Shown: positions 42,319 through 52,849 of the stretch, one piece after another
Numbering within the stretch: the stretch's first letter is position 1
How the letters are laid out: each line of letters opens with the position of its first letter
Source of the DNA: Gammaproteobacteria bacterium
GTDB taxonomy: Bacteria > Pseudomonadota > Gammaproteobacteria > Ga0077536
DNA length: 64,000 bases
Reading direction: 5' to 3'
Assembly: GCA_963662545.2 (NCBI GenBank)
Contig: CAXXLL010000002.1
Span: 1,568,001-1,632,000 of the forward strand
Program-made: the position numbers and the translations under genes
The notes under the pieces: model-generated
The model's input: the letters and a program-made list of their open reading frames with translations, nothing else
The model's database searches: none
Told to the model about the DNA's origin: nothing

Positions 42319-43115
42319 ACCGACACAGAAGTCGCATAAGCATAGGTCAATTGGCCCACCCTCAAAGGCCGCAAAAGAAAGCGCCCCGAAGGGCGCTATG
42401 TAGAGTGCTGTCCTTGGCGCATAGCTCGTATGGTCGGCTACGAAGGCCGTTTCATGGCCTTATGGGCGATTCAGGCGGGGCAAAATAAGATGGCCTTTGA
42501 TATTCGGCATGTCCCAACTTCCCGCACTGCCACCCAATTAAAGGGAGAAGCCCTTATTGCCGTTACCGATGCTAGTTCGTCCCTTTTGGCGGGAGATGGA
42601 ACATGAAGCACAGAGAATTCAACTGGACTCCCCCTCCGGTGCGTTTAGCGTACAGCAACACCGGCAAAGTCGTTTGCCCCGGTGTCGAAAAGCTACCCAG
42701 AACCGGATACGACATCCACGTCGTTGAATACGACAAGCGTTTCGCTGAAACGACCGAGCTCGGCCCAGCCTGATTGGTTCGTTATCTCCTCATGGAAAAC
42801 ATTCTCATAGCGCTTTACTACGTCGTTACAATCATAGTCATCGTTGGACATTACATCGGAAGGCTCGAAGGACGCGGATTCGAATGGATGGCCTATGTCG
42901 TTGCCGTTTTTATGTTTCCGATGTTGTACTTCGCCTACATCCCCTAGAATCCACCTCTTTCAGCCCGCCAGTGGGAATGCAAAAGAAAGCGCCCAGAAGG
43001 GCGTTTATTTGCCGGAAGCGGAAGTGCGAACGAAGGTACGCTCGTCGCATCGGGGTGTCCGTTTTAGAGTGTTAAGCAGTCCTTTTTATCCGGCATTCAA
43101 ACAGCGCGGATGCGT

Positions 43116-43433
43116 CTAAAGGACCTCCTCAAACGTCTCTAGGTTCGGATGGCCGAGGTAGGTTCCCTTGGGTGCGCTCGCCTGGGCGTGGGCTTTGCGG
43201 AAATGATCGGATTCCGTCCACGCCTCAAAGGCGATGCGGGACTCCCAGATGGTGTGGCTCGCATAGAGTACATAGTCGTCGCCGCCCGGCATTTCGACTT
43301 GCGGACCCTTCAGCAACGCGAAAGACTGGAAACCCGGGACCTCGGACAGGTAGGTGTCGCGTTCGCGCCAGACCTTCTCGAAGCCTTCCTCGAAACCGGG
43401 CGAGATTTTGAACCGGTTCATCGCGATGAACAT
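43116..43433 (-). CDS. ABM-family monooxygenase (heme-degrading IsdG/HmoA-like)
   Basis: MNRF, FEKVW, WESRIAFEAWTESDHFRKAH. Confidence 0.85.
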   Translation of the reverse strand: MFIAMNRFKISPGFEEGFEKVWRERDTYLSEVPGFQSFALLKGPQVEMPGGDDYVLYASHTIWESRIAFEAWTESDHFRKAHAQASAPKGTYLGHPNLETFEEVL

Positions 43434-43897
43434 GACGTTTAACCTTTCGCAGATGCTGCGGCTATTCTAGCGTGTTGCCAGTCCCTTGACCTGTTCCGGT
43501 CCGGAATCCTCCCGGCGGCCGAAGCTGCGCCGATAGAATCCACAACAATGTTCATGTTTGTGCTCATCGGGAATGCTGTAACGATGGCCATACTGAGTAA
43601 GGCGCTGTGGCCGGAGGGTGGGGAACAATAGTAAAATCGATCAGCGGTCACCTGTCCCAAATGACGTAATCGTTTTCTTGCATTGCTGATTTGAGCATCT
43701 CGATCAGTGGCAGGGCGCGATGCGCCATGCTTACTAACGGTTCGCGTTTTTCATCGTCTTCTGAATCGTTACGGTCGGCTTTCAGGGGTCGATCCGGGCC
43801 GGCTGTCACCGCTTGTTCCAGGCCCTCCAACGCCGCCCGGATGTCTTCGGCGGCAAGAGATCCGGGAACTGTACCGCTGTGGCCCATTAACTTAATT

Positions 43898-45282
43898 GGG
43901 TCTACGCGGAAACGTGTGGGTTGATATTGGCATTTCTGGGTAGTGGCGGAAGAAATGCCGCAATGATTTTCAGTTTGAGGAATTCCTCATCACGATAGCC
44001 ATAGGCGCGTCGTTGCAGGACCCGGATTTTGTTGTTGACCCCTTCGACCAATCCAAGACTGACTTTATTCTTAGCATCACAATAGGAAGCAATGCCATCC
44101 CAATGGGATTCAATCAGCTCAGCAAACTTGCGATACGGCGCCAATCGCTGCCATTTCAGACTGTCCTTCCAGCGCTCGAAAAAGGCACGCGCGCCGCGCT
44201 CGGTACGGTAGTCCCAGAGTTGGCCGAAGGTTTCCTTGAGGACGTAGGCGGTGTTCAGACGCCGGTTGGCCTGGAGCAGTTTTTTCAGGGCTCGTCTGCC
44301 ATCCAGATTCAGGTTCTCGCGTCGCGAGAGCAAGGTATATCGCTGGCCTTTGATGTAACTCCTGTCCTTGCCGCGGAGACGTTTGTATTCACGGCGCCGG
44401 ACTTCATCGAGAGCCTTTGAGAGGTGGCGCATGATATGGAACTTGTCATAGATGATCCGCGCCTGCGGTGCGTTGTTCATGACCGAGTTACGGAACGGCT
44501 TCCACATGTCCATCGCCGCCAGTTCGATGCGAGCGCTCTTGTTCTCGCCCAATGCCTGGAAAAACAGGTCGATGTCAGCCTCTTTGCGACCTTCACCACC
44601 GACCCAGATAGGACGCCCCCGATCCAGGTCACTGACGATGACCCGGTAGTTATGTCCTTTGCGGATGGAGATCTCATCAATACCGATGGCCCGGGGTGCT
44701 GGCATGCCCGCCAGCTCAACCTGCTTTTGCATGTACAGCTTATCGAGGTCTTTCACCGTGCTGTGGTGCAGGCGTTCCCTCTCGGCGACAGCCTGGTTCG
44801 GCATGTCCCGGCACAGCTTGCCCACCTGCATGGCAAAGCGCTGCGTATAGCGAGGGTTCTTTGCCAGCCAGTCAAGATGTTCTACCTGCACGCCGCCGCA
44901 CCTCCGGCAACTGACACGCCAGCGTTCGAACTCCAGGTAGATTCGCCATCCGGCAACTGACAGGTCTCGTACTCGCAGCACCTTCTTGTCGTAACGCCCG
45001 CGGCACCGGTGAGCACAGTGAGAACAGATCGCTGTTTTTTTCGCCTCTTGAGTTGGATCACACGGGCATACCGATCACCAAACATGCCCACCAATTTCGA
45101 TGCGGCGGTAAAACCAGGGAACGCAAACAGCGCTCGGATCGACTTGGGATTCTTCATGGCCTTAGCCTACCCACAAAATGAAACCACTTTCACCCCATAC
45201 GAAATCTCTGAATGTCTACATGATTTCAATGGTTTACACTTGGTCTAATTCAGAATTTACCCACATGAATCCGCGTAGACCC
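43898..45282 (-). mobile_element. ISL3-family insertion sequence
   Basis: IRs GGGTCTACGCGGA; 8-bp target duplication ACTTAATT (43890-43897, 45283-45290). Confidence 0.95.
43902..45157 (-). CDS. ISL3 transposase (two frames joined at an A7 tract)
   Basis: IGIDE, MDMW, YDKFH, EGVNNKI, RRAYGYR; N-terminal ORF joined by a -1 shift at 45035-45041. Confidence 0.88.
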
Positions 45283-45515
45283 ACTTAATTAGTTCGAGAG
45301 CCACCGCCTCGAGCATCATGATGTTCGGTGAATGTCTGCTTTTGAAAATAATGGGCATGATGCAGCATGCAATTCTGACTGAAGGTGACCAGGCCGGGAG
45401 TTCGTGCCCCTGATCCACGCACTACACACTAGCTTGATCATGCGCGCGCGGAAAGGCCGAACCGTTGACGTTCTAGCGCTGTATCGGATTGGGGATCCGG
45501 GTCATGATATCAACC

Positions 45516-46526
45516 ATGCGCCACCGCACATCGGGACCGGCCGCGTTGCTTGCTGCCTTGTTGGTTGTCGTTATCGGAGCGGGACTGTTGATCATCACGA
45601 AAATGCCCGGACGTTCCTTCCGGGGGCCGTTGGCGGCGCTCTCCGCGGAGCAAATCGATCTCGAGGGGCGTCTGAGAGTCCACGTCGAGACCCTCGCCAC
45701 GCGCATCGGTGAGCGTAACTTGTTGCGGCATTCGGCCCTGACTCGCGCCGCCCAATACATCGACGACACGCTGGCGACCGTGGGCTTTCGATCGCAGTCG
45801 CAGGAGTACTATGTTCAGGGCAAACCGGTACGCAATATCGAGGTCGAGTTGACCGGCGCGGAGCCAAGCCGTGGGATCGTGCTGGTTGGCGCACACTACG
45901 ATTCGGTAGCAGGCTCGCCCGGCGCGAATGACAATGGCACTGGCGTCGCGGCCCTGATCGAGCTGGCGCGGGCGCTTAAAGGCCACCGGCTGCGACGCAG
46001 CGTGCGTCTGGTTGCATTCGTCAACGAGGAACCGCCGTTCTTCTACTCCGACGCGATGGGTAGCCTGCGCTACGCGAAGCGCATGGCCGAACGGAGCGAA
46101 GAGCTGGTGGCGATGCTGTCGCTCGAGACCATCGGCTATTATTCCGATGCTCCCGGAAGCCAGCGTTACCCATTCCCGTTGGGCTTCTTCTACCCCGATA
46201 CCGGGAACTTCATCGGCTTCGTGGGCAACCTGCGCTCGAAAGCGCTGGTGCGCCGAGCCGTGCAGAGCTTTCGTGAGCACGCCCGCTTCCCGTCCGAAGG
46301 TCTCGCTGCTCCCGGCTGGCTCACCGGCGTCGGCTGGTCCGACCATTGGTCGTTCTGGCAAGCCGGGTTCCCGGCCATCATGGTGACGGATACCGCGCTA
46401 TTTCGGTACCGGGAATACCACACGCCGGCGGACCAACCCGGGGTCGTGAATTACGGGCGATTCGCTCGGGTGGTGGACGGTCTCGTTCAGGTAGTCATCG
46501 AGCTGGCCGACGGCGACGCGCCATAG
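45516..46526 (+). CDS. M28-family metallopeptidase
   Basis: GAHYDS, PGANDNGTG, NEEPP, SDHWSF, YHTPAD; start may be 45504. Confidence 0.9.
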   Translation: MRHRTSGPAALLAALLVVVIGAGLLIITKMPGRSFRGPLAALSAEQIDLEGRLRVHVETLATRIGERNLLRHSALTRAAQYIDDTLATVGFRSQSQEYYVQGKPVRNIEVELTGAEPSRGIVLVGAHYDSVAGSPGANDNGTGVAALIELARALKGHRLRRSVRLVAFVNEEPPFFYSDAMGSLRYAKRMAERSEELVAMLSLETIGYYSDAPGSQRYPFPLGFFYPDTGNFIGFVGNLRSKALVRRAVQSFREHARFPSEGLAAPGWLTGVGWSDHWSFWQAGFPAIMVTDTALFRYREYHTPADQPGVVNYGRFARVVDGLVQVVIELADGDAP

Positions 46527-46651
46527 GGGTTGGCGCCTTCTTCGTTGAAGCACTTCCTCAAACGGAACATAAATAGATTCGGGACGAATAACACGCCTGC
46601 CGAAACGGGTGGACTTCACGTGTCAAAGTAAAACGGGCCAGGTAGCCAACT

Positions 46652-48640
46652 ATGCCGAGAACACGCGTGGGCCGACCTCCAATCCTCATGACTGTACGCG
46701 GCGTTACCAAACCGCTACAGCAATGGGCGGCTGACAACGGGCTCTAAAGGATCCCCACGAATTCATACGAATTCAGCCTGGCCGGTGATTAAGGCGTTGA
46801 GTTGTGGAAAGGCGCTTTCGAGGTCAGCGCGCGACAGTTTAAAGCGGTGACTGCGCCACAGCTGATGTCCCAAAAAAGGTAGAGACAACACCGGTCGTCG
46901 TCGTTCGGTATTCGCCTGAAAATGGCGTGCCCACTGTTTGGCTTGCGCGGCAAGGCCGGTAATCCAAAGGACGAGGCTCGCTAATAGCGCGATGAGCAGC
47001 AAGATCTCAAGGCGTTTCGTATCGGTGCACCGTGCATAGCGTAAGGCGAAGCCCCAACGATGGTTTTTGAGGTCCCGAAAGGCTTCTTCAATTTGCATAC
47101 GTTGAGCGTAAGCGCGCATGATTTTGTTGCCGCTACCGCGAGCATACGGTAAGGAGGTAGCGAGCAGCCAGGGAGCGCGGTGTAAGCGACGATATAAGCG
47201 GCCATTGGTACCGTAACTTTTGCGTTTCGCGTGTCGTCCCGGTGCGCGATGATAGGCACGCACGAGATAGAGCCGACACCAGTAACGATGGCGTTTGGAC
47301 AGGCAGCGTTGACCGATATGTTGAACCTTGGGCGTCGCTTGCGGGTAAAGCGAATGAACGTAGCACCAGCGTCCAGTCTCGGGTTTGAAGTACTTGATGG
47401 TATTTCGGATGCGTCCGATCCAATCCCAGCCCAATGCTTCGACCGCTCTAAACCAGGGGCCACGGAAGCCGGCATCGGTGACGACGATGGGGCACACCTC
47501 ACGGGGTAGTATTCGATGAAGGGTTTTCAGGAACAGGCGATGGATTCGGGGGTTATTATAGCGCCGTAGCGGATGCACTTCCTCGTACAGCGTGATGGCT
47601 CGACCGGCGATGGGGACAGCCGCTCTTAAGATGAGCATCTCTCGTTCAAGCTCGCAATCGGCCCAATCTACAATGATGAGCGGGCGCGCTATCCCTGACA
47701 ACACAGTGCGGGCCAGGGCGGCGTAGATGCCGTGTCGTTCTTGCTGAAGATGACGGTTGCCAAGTCAGGCGGTCTACGGCTTTGATGTGATGTTTGACGA
47801 AAGCTGAGCCGCTGCGATGTCGTCCTAGGTGTGTCAATGCCAGCTTGCCACCATCGAGTAGTGCGACGACTACCCGGAGCGTGGCATCGAGTCGCGCCCG
47901 ATGTCCGATGACGGCATTGCGCTCGCACCATTTTTTTAACAAGCTAATAGCGTGCATGCTGCTGCTCCTGACCTTAATGATTGTGTGGTAACGACCATTA
48001 GATCAGGCGGCAGCAGGCACGTCGATCATCTAACTGTTTGTATTCTTTGCATGAAACGTCTTAAATCGTGGGGATACATCAGCAAGGGCTACACCCCCAG
48101 TCCATTCGCAGACGACTGAAAAAGGGCGCAACCCCAGCGGAAGCGGTTGCCAAAGTTCAAAGCAGAACCCGACTCATTACCATTAACGGTAAGACGCGTT
48201 CGCTTGCCGAATGGCTGCGGCATTACAACCGCAACGACGTGACATTCTATTGGCGTATCGCCCGGGGCTATTCCGAGCAGGATGCAATTACTACCCAGCT
48301 ACAAAAACGAAAATCTGCTTTACCTCGTGCCGATAAATACGACACACCGCTTAAGGGTCGATCGGGCGTTTATTCCATTCGATGCAAGTCAACCAAGCGA
48401 TACTATATTGGAAGCAGCACAAATCTGCTGAATACGAAGACGCGTTGGTCATCTAACCTAAATGCCCAAAGCAAACGCTCATTGCCGAAGCGATTGTTGC
48501 CCGATTTGCAGAAACACGGTGCCGACAGCTTTGAGTTCCACGTACTCACGTTCTGCGAACCCGACCGCATACAATCAAGAAAAGCGACATTGTTACGCCA
48601 AGCACAAAGGAAACATCTGCGTAGGCTCTATAACCCTTGA
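46652..48640 (+). pseudogene. GIY-YIG endonuclease with two N-terminal DNA-binding repeats, interrupted by IS4
   Basis: MPRTRVGRPPILMTVRGVTKPLQQWAADNGL rejoins HPQSIRRRL across the IS; SGVYSIRC...YYIGSS GIY-YIG motif. Confidence 0.75.
46744..48082 (-). mobile_element. IS4-family (IS10-group) element with frameshifted transposase (47957-46763)
   Basis: IRs CTAAAGGATCCCCACGA and CTGATGTATCCCCACGA; flanks CAACGGGCT/CAAGGGCT; KHHIKAVDRL, VTDAGF, RMQIEEAFRDLK; frameshift near 47765. Confidence 0.9.
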
Positions 48641-48922
48641 AAACTCACCGTTCGGCACTAATCGCTTTGGCCAGAGGGTGAGAAAGAGGAATAAGAAGCC
48701 GCCGATCAAGCTCACGTCCGCTTAGCCCGAAAGCAGCCATCATCGGCGATGCAAATCCCACACTTGATCATGACGGCTTACGGCCAACGGACGAAACCGC
48801 TATCGCGGTAGTGGTTAGCGAGGTTGTGGCGGAGTAGTAGTCAGTTCAGTTAGCGAGATGGGCCCGCCCTGTGTTGAGGTTGTTATCGGAAAACAACGAC
48901 CCACAACACAGGAGACAGGCCC

Positions 48923-49804
48923 ATGACCCAGTCTAACAATTCCATCAGCCCTTTACGTCAACGCATGATCGACGACATGACCTTGCGTCAGCTGCAGGAG
49001 AAAACGCAGAGCGGATATCTGCGTTCCGTCAAACGCTTGACGAAGTTTCTGGGTCGCTCACCGGATAGCGCGTCAGCCGAAGACCTGCGCGCGTTTCAAA
49101 AACAGTTGGTTGAACACGGCGCGTCGAGCGCGACCATCAATGCCACGATCCGCGGTCTACGGTTCTTCTTCGAGACCACCTTGGAACGCCCAGCGGCACT
49201 CAAACGGATGAGTCCGGTGCGGGTGCCGGAGCGCTTGCCGGTAGTCTTGAGCGTTGCAGACGTCACCCGCTTACTAGACGCCGCGCCCAATCTGAAGTCG
49301 AAAGCCGCGCTGTCGGTGGCCTACGGTGCCGGCTTACGCGCCAGCGAAGTCTGCCACCTCAAAATCACCGACATCGACAGTGAACGGATGATTATCCGGG
49401 TCGAGCAGGGTAAAGGTTCGCGCGACCGTCAAGCGATGCTCTCGCCCGCTTTGTTAGGTTTACTGCGCGCCTGGTGGCGCGACGGTCATCGCCGCGGCAA
49501 GATGCTCCCCAAGGGTTGGCTGTTCCCCGGCAGGGATCCCGTTGACCCGCTCTCACCTCGTCAACTCAATCGCATGTGTCACTTCGCCGCGGCCACCGCC
49601 GAGTTGGATAAACAGATCTCCATGCACACCCTACGCCACAGTTTCGCGACGCACTTGCTCGAACAGCAGATCGATATCCGGGTCATCCAGGTATTACTTG
49701 GCCACAAGAAGCTGACCACCACGGCGCGCTATGCCCATGTCGCAACGAAGGTGTTGAGCGACGTACAAAGTCCCCTCGACCGGCTGAGCTTACCGACGCC
49801 GTAA
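48923..49804 (+). CDS. Tyrosine recombinase (phage integrase family, IS91-associated)
   Basis: N-terminal SAM-like LRQRMIDDM; GLRASE, QGKG, HTLRHSFATH, LLGH, TARY. Confidence 0.95.
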   Translation: MTQSNNSISPLRQRMIDDMTLRQLQEKTQSGYLRSVKRLTKFLGRSPDSASAEDLRAFQKQLVEHGASSATINATIRGLRFFFETTLERPAALKRMSPVRVPERLPVVLSVADVTRLLDAAPNLKSKAALSVAYGAGLRASEVCHLKITDIDSERMIIRVEQGKGSRDRQAMLSPALLGLLRAWWRDGHRRGKMLPKGWLFPGRDPVDPLSPRQLNRMCHFAAATAELDKQISMHTLRHSFATHLLEQQIDIRVIQVLLGHKKLTTTARYAHVATKVLSDVQSPLDRLSLPTP

Positions 49805-49805
49805 C

Positions 49806-50960
49806 GTGGCGCGGCCACCGCTCGAGGTGGCAGATATTTTTAGACGCGACGGCGCGACCTGGCGTCAAGCGCATGCCGGTCATATCAGCCTCGGCCAACT
49901 CAAGGTCATGTCTGCCATCGAACACTGCCGCACCGAGGCGCTCGGCGGGCACCTGTTGCATTGCGAGCCGTGCGATGCAGAGCGTATTGCCTATAACTCG
50001 TGCAGGAACCGCCATTGTCCGAAATGTCAGGGACGTAAAGCAGCGCAATGGCTCGAACACCGTCAAGCAGAGCTGCTACCGGTTGAGTATTACCATGTCG
50101 TGTTCACTCTACCGGCCCAGATCGCCGAGTTTGCCTATCAGAATAAAGCCGTGGTCTATGACCTGCTGCTCAGAGTGTCTGCCCAGACACTCCTCATCAT
50201 CGCCGCCGATCCGAAACACCTGGGCGCCCAGATCGCAATGACCTCCGTGCTGCATACCTGGGGCTCGGCACTCACCCATCATCCGCATGTCCATTGCATC
50301 GTGCCCGGCGGCGGACTCGATGGCGAGACCTGGGTGCCGTGCAAACGGGGGTTCTTCCTGCCGGTACGGGTGTTGTCGCGACTGTTCCGGCGCTTGTTTC
50401 TGGAGCGGCTCCACCAGGCACACCGTGACGGGCAGCTACACTTCTGCGGTGACTTGGCGACTCTCGCCAACCGCGCATCGTTCGACCAGTATCTGGCACC
50501 ATTGGCGCAAACCGATTGGTTCGTCTATGCCAAACAACCTTTTGCCGGACCCCAAGCCGTGCTCGCTTATCTGTCGCGCTACACCCACCGCCTCGCCATC
50601 TCCAACCATCGGCTCATCGCCCATGATGCGCGTGGCGTCACCTTCCAATGGCAGGACTATCGCAGCAAACGCCGGGTGCGCTACCAACCCATGACGCTCG
50701 CCACCGATGAGTTCATCCGGCGCTTCCTGAACCACGTCTTACCCAGGGGCTTCCATCGCATCCGTCATTACGGCTTGCTCGCCAATCCGGTGCGACGCGA
50801 TAACCTGGCCCGCTTGCGCCGAGCACTCGATATGCACCACGAGCCCGACGTCGAAACACAACCAATTACGACACCTTCGCCGACCTTCGTGTGTCGAACC
50901 TGTGGCGCGCCCTTACAGATCGTCGAGATCCTAAACCCGAGAACTCGGTCACCGCCATGA
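49806..50960 (+). CDS. IS91-family (Y2 HUH) transposase
   Basis: Zn-binding YNSCRNRHCPKC, HVVFTLP, HUH HPHVH, YLSRY (YxxxY), RIRHYG; starts 1 bp after the integrase stop. Confidence 0.95.
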   Translation: MARPPLEVADIFRRDGATWRQAHAGHISLGQLKVMSAIEHCRTEALGGHLLHCEPCDAERIAYNSCRNRHCPKCQGRKAAQWLEHRQAELLPVEYYHVVFTLPAQIAEFAYQNKAVVYDLLLRVSAQTLLIIAADPKHLGAQIAMTSVLHTWGSALTHHPHVHCIVPGGGLDGETWVPCKRGFFLPVRVLSRLFRRLFLERLHQAHRDGQLHFCGDLATLANRASFDQYLAPLAQTDWFVYAKQPFAGPQAVLAYLSRYTHRLAISNHRLIAHDARGVTFQWQDYRSKRRVRYQPMTLATDEFIRRFLNHVLPRGFHRIRHYGLLANPVRRDNLARLRRALDMHHEPDVETQPITTPSPTFVCRTCGAPLQIVEILNPRTRSPP

Positions 50961-51370
50961 CATCGGCTTCTACTGACAACAATGACAGGCAGCACGCAGC
51001 GGTGTTGGCGATCTCTTATTGCCTCAGCCGTGGCAGACACCCGAACCGCGCGATCAAAACCAACCGATCACTCGCTAAAACCGCTCTCAAAAGCATCGAT
51101 AGCGCCGACATCGGACTTCGAATCGCCGCGCACCACCACACCGTCGACCCACTGCCCTAAACAATCCCCATAGCCACGCCCCGCGGTTTCCTCCCCTGGG
51201 CGTTATCGAACATCCGCCTCAACGCTGTCGCAGAACCGCGCCCTTGTGCCGTTGCGGGTGTCCAATAACCCTAACCATGAGCGGATCCGTATGGTGTGTG
51301 TGGTTTGTAATTTGTGTTCCTTTGATGGCGGCCTATTCTTAACAATAGAAAAACGTATGAGAATGGCGTT

Positions 51371-52336
51371 ATGCGAAAACTAGCACTCTGTGCGTTTTGC
51401 GTGTTGTGCGTAGCGTGTACGACTTCTTACCAACCAAATCGCCAAGTCGTAGTTCCTCCAGTTCATAACGACAAGATTGACCCAGCCAGGTCATCTCGGT
51501 ATATCCCGAGCCAGGAAGAAGAAGAAAAAGCGAAGGCGCGCCCTGCTGAAAAAGCTACGGTAAGCCTTATTGAACTGGTCGCGACCCGGACGGCGGTGGA
51601 TGCGTCGAGATACACGTTCGACCTCGTCGTGGAGCTCGCGCCCCAACTCGCGGGCTTCGATCCCGACGTGGCCCATGGAACGGGCACTGGGACGCTTCGG
51701 GGCGCTCGACGTGGCGCGTTGGGCTGCATCAAGGCAGGGGCATGGATGGATATTGGCAGTGGCCACTTTGTTGTCCTCGGGATCCTGCTCTCTCCAGCCT
51801 GCGCTGTTATCGGCGGGTTGGTGGGAGCCGCCTCCGCTGAGTCGAAAGAAGACGCCGCAGCCCGTATGATCGAGGCGCTGAGCAAGACGGCAGCCGACCT
51901 CGGGTATCCTGAAGAGCTGCCCCGCCTCCTGGCGATGGAGCTTCAGGCGAACTCAATCTACCGAATCCACTCCGGGGGTGGACGCGAGACGAGCGGTGCT
52001 GGACAGGAGGAGACACCCAACGCCTCGATCCACGTCCGCATAACCGAGTACGGTCTGACCCGCTTTGGGGTCGGGGCCTACTTTCAGCTGCAGCTCTCCG
52101 CCGTCGTTTGCGTCACCGCAAACGAGACTGGCGAGGCACTCTCGTTCGAGAAGCTGGCGGTGCGTTCCGATGAATTTTACCTGACGGAATCGGGCGCAAG
52201 ATCATCACACTCATTCTTAGAGGCCCTCACGACCGCGCTCACCAGAAAACTGGCCACCTCTGCCGAGGAGGCGTTCGGCCATCTGGTTTCACTCGGGGAT
52301 AAGCCGTCCTGCTCATGGCAAGACGGTCCAACCTGA
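51371..52336 (+). CDS. Hypothetical lipoprotein
   Basis: MRK plus hydrophobic stretch and lipobox-like CVAC; central Gly-rich hydrophobic segment. Confidence 0.65.
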   Translation: MRKLALCAFCVLCVACTTSYQPNRQVVVPPVHNDKIDPARSSRYIPSQEEEEKAKARPAEKATVSLIELVATRTAVDASRYTFDLVVELAPQLAGFDPDVAHGTGTGTLRGARRGALGCIKAGAWMDIGSGHFVVLGILLSPACAVIGGLVGAASAESKEDAAARMIEALSKTAADLGYPEELPRLLAMELQANSIYRIHSGGGRETSGAGQEETPNASIHVRITEYGLTRFGVGAYFQLQLSAVVCVTANETGEALSFEKLAVRSDEFYLTESGARSSHSFLEALTTALTRKLATSAEEAFGHLVSLGDKPSCSWQDGPT

Positions 52337-52410
52337 GGGCGAAGTTCAGATTGCCGCGGAATCTCTGATGCACCCTGATATCTTTTCGCTATCGTCGACT
52401 AAGAACGAAC

Positions 52411-52492
52411 GACCGCTTCGGGTCGTCAGCGGCCGGATCGTGGCAACACAGCACTGCTCTAGATTACGTCTGCAATGCGCTCGTAAGCGGCC
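52411..52492 (+). repeat. 82-bp composite intergenic repeat, copy 1
   Basis: GACCGCTTCGGGTCGTCAGCGGCC...GCACTGCTCTAGATTACGTCTGCAATGCGCTCGTAAGCGGCC; matches 56306-56373 and 60735-60816. Confidence 0.9.
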
Positions 52493-52541
52493 ATTCAGCT
52501 TGTTTAGAAAACATCGCTGGAGGTGACTTCGGCTTCCGGCC

Positions 52542-52716
52542 GAGGCTGTGTCAAAAGTCGAAAAATGGAGCCCGCCGCGAAAATTTTCCCCACTTAGGTA
52601 AGATGAACGGGTCGATGTTATGCACGATTGATTAAGGGAACGCACCGCCTAAGGTAGGCGAATCGGGTTAAACTTCTCCCACTTTCAAAATTCGAAAATA
52701 CTTTTGACACAGCCTC
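52542..52716. mobile_element. IS1182-type MITE (175 bp)
   Basis: Perfect 17-bp IRs GAGGCTGTGTCAAAAGT; 4-bp target duplication GGCC. Confidence 0.85.
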
Positions 52717-52849
52717 GGCCAATAACAGACCTTATGAGTTGTTGCTCTGAGCTCGATTATTCGACGGGCATCGATTTGAAGTGCGCGCGGGTGTCTAACG
52801 GAGTTACTCTTGACAGTGGGCATACAGCAATAGTGGCGAGGAGTCGAAT

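Larger units (their letters stand above)
43648..45358 (-). pseudogene. DUF1840-family gene split by ISL3
   Basis: N-terminus MPIIFKSRHSPNIMMLEAVALELIK (45358-45283) rejoins LMGHSGTVPG...RALPLIEML (43889-43648) in frame, 105 aa. Confidence 0.85.

Noticed and set aside
42420-42900. c-di-GMP riboswitch or Rsm-type sRNA near the PilZ gene
   Set aside because: Consensus elements not found; only scattered GGA motifs
47646-47957. Programmed frameshift in the second IS4 transposase
   Set aside because: No slippery tract at the break, and the related element at 15101 is continuous; more likely a mutation or sequencing error
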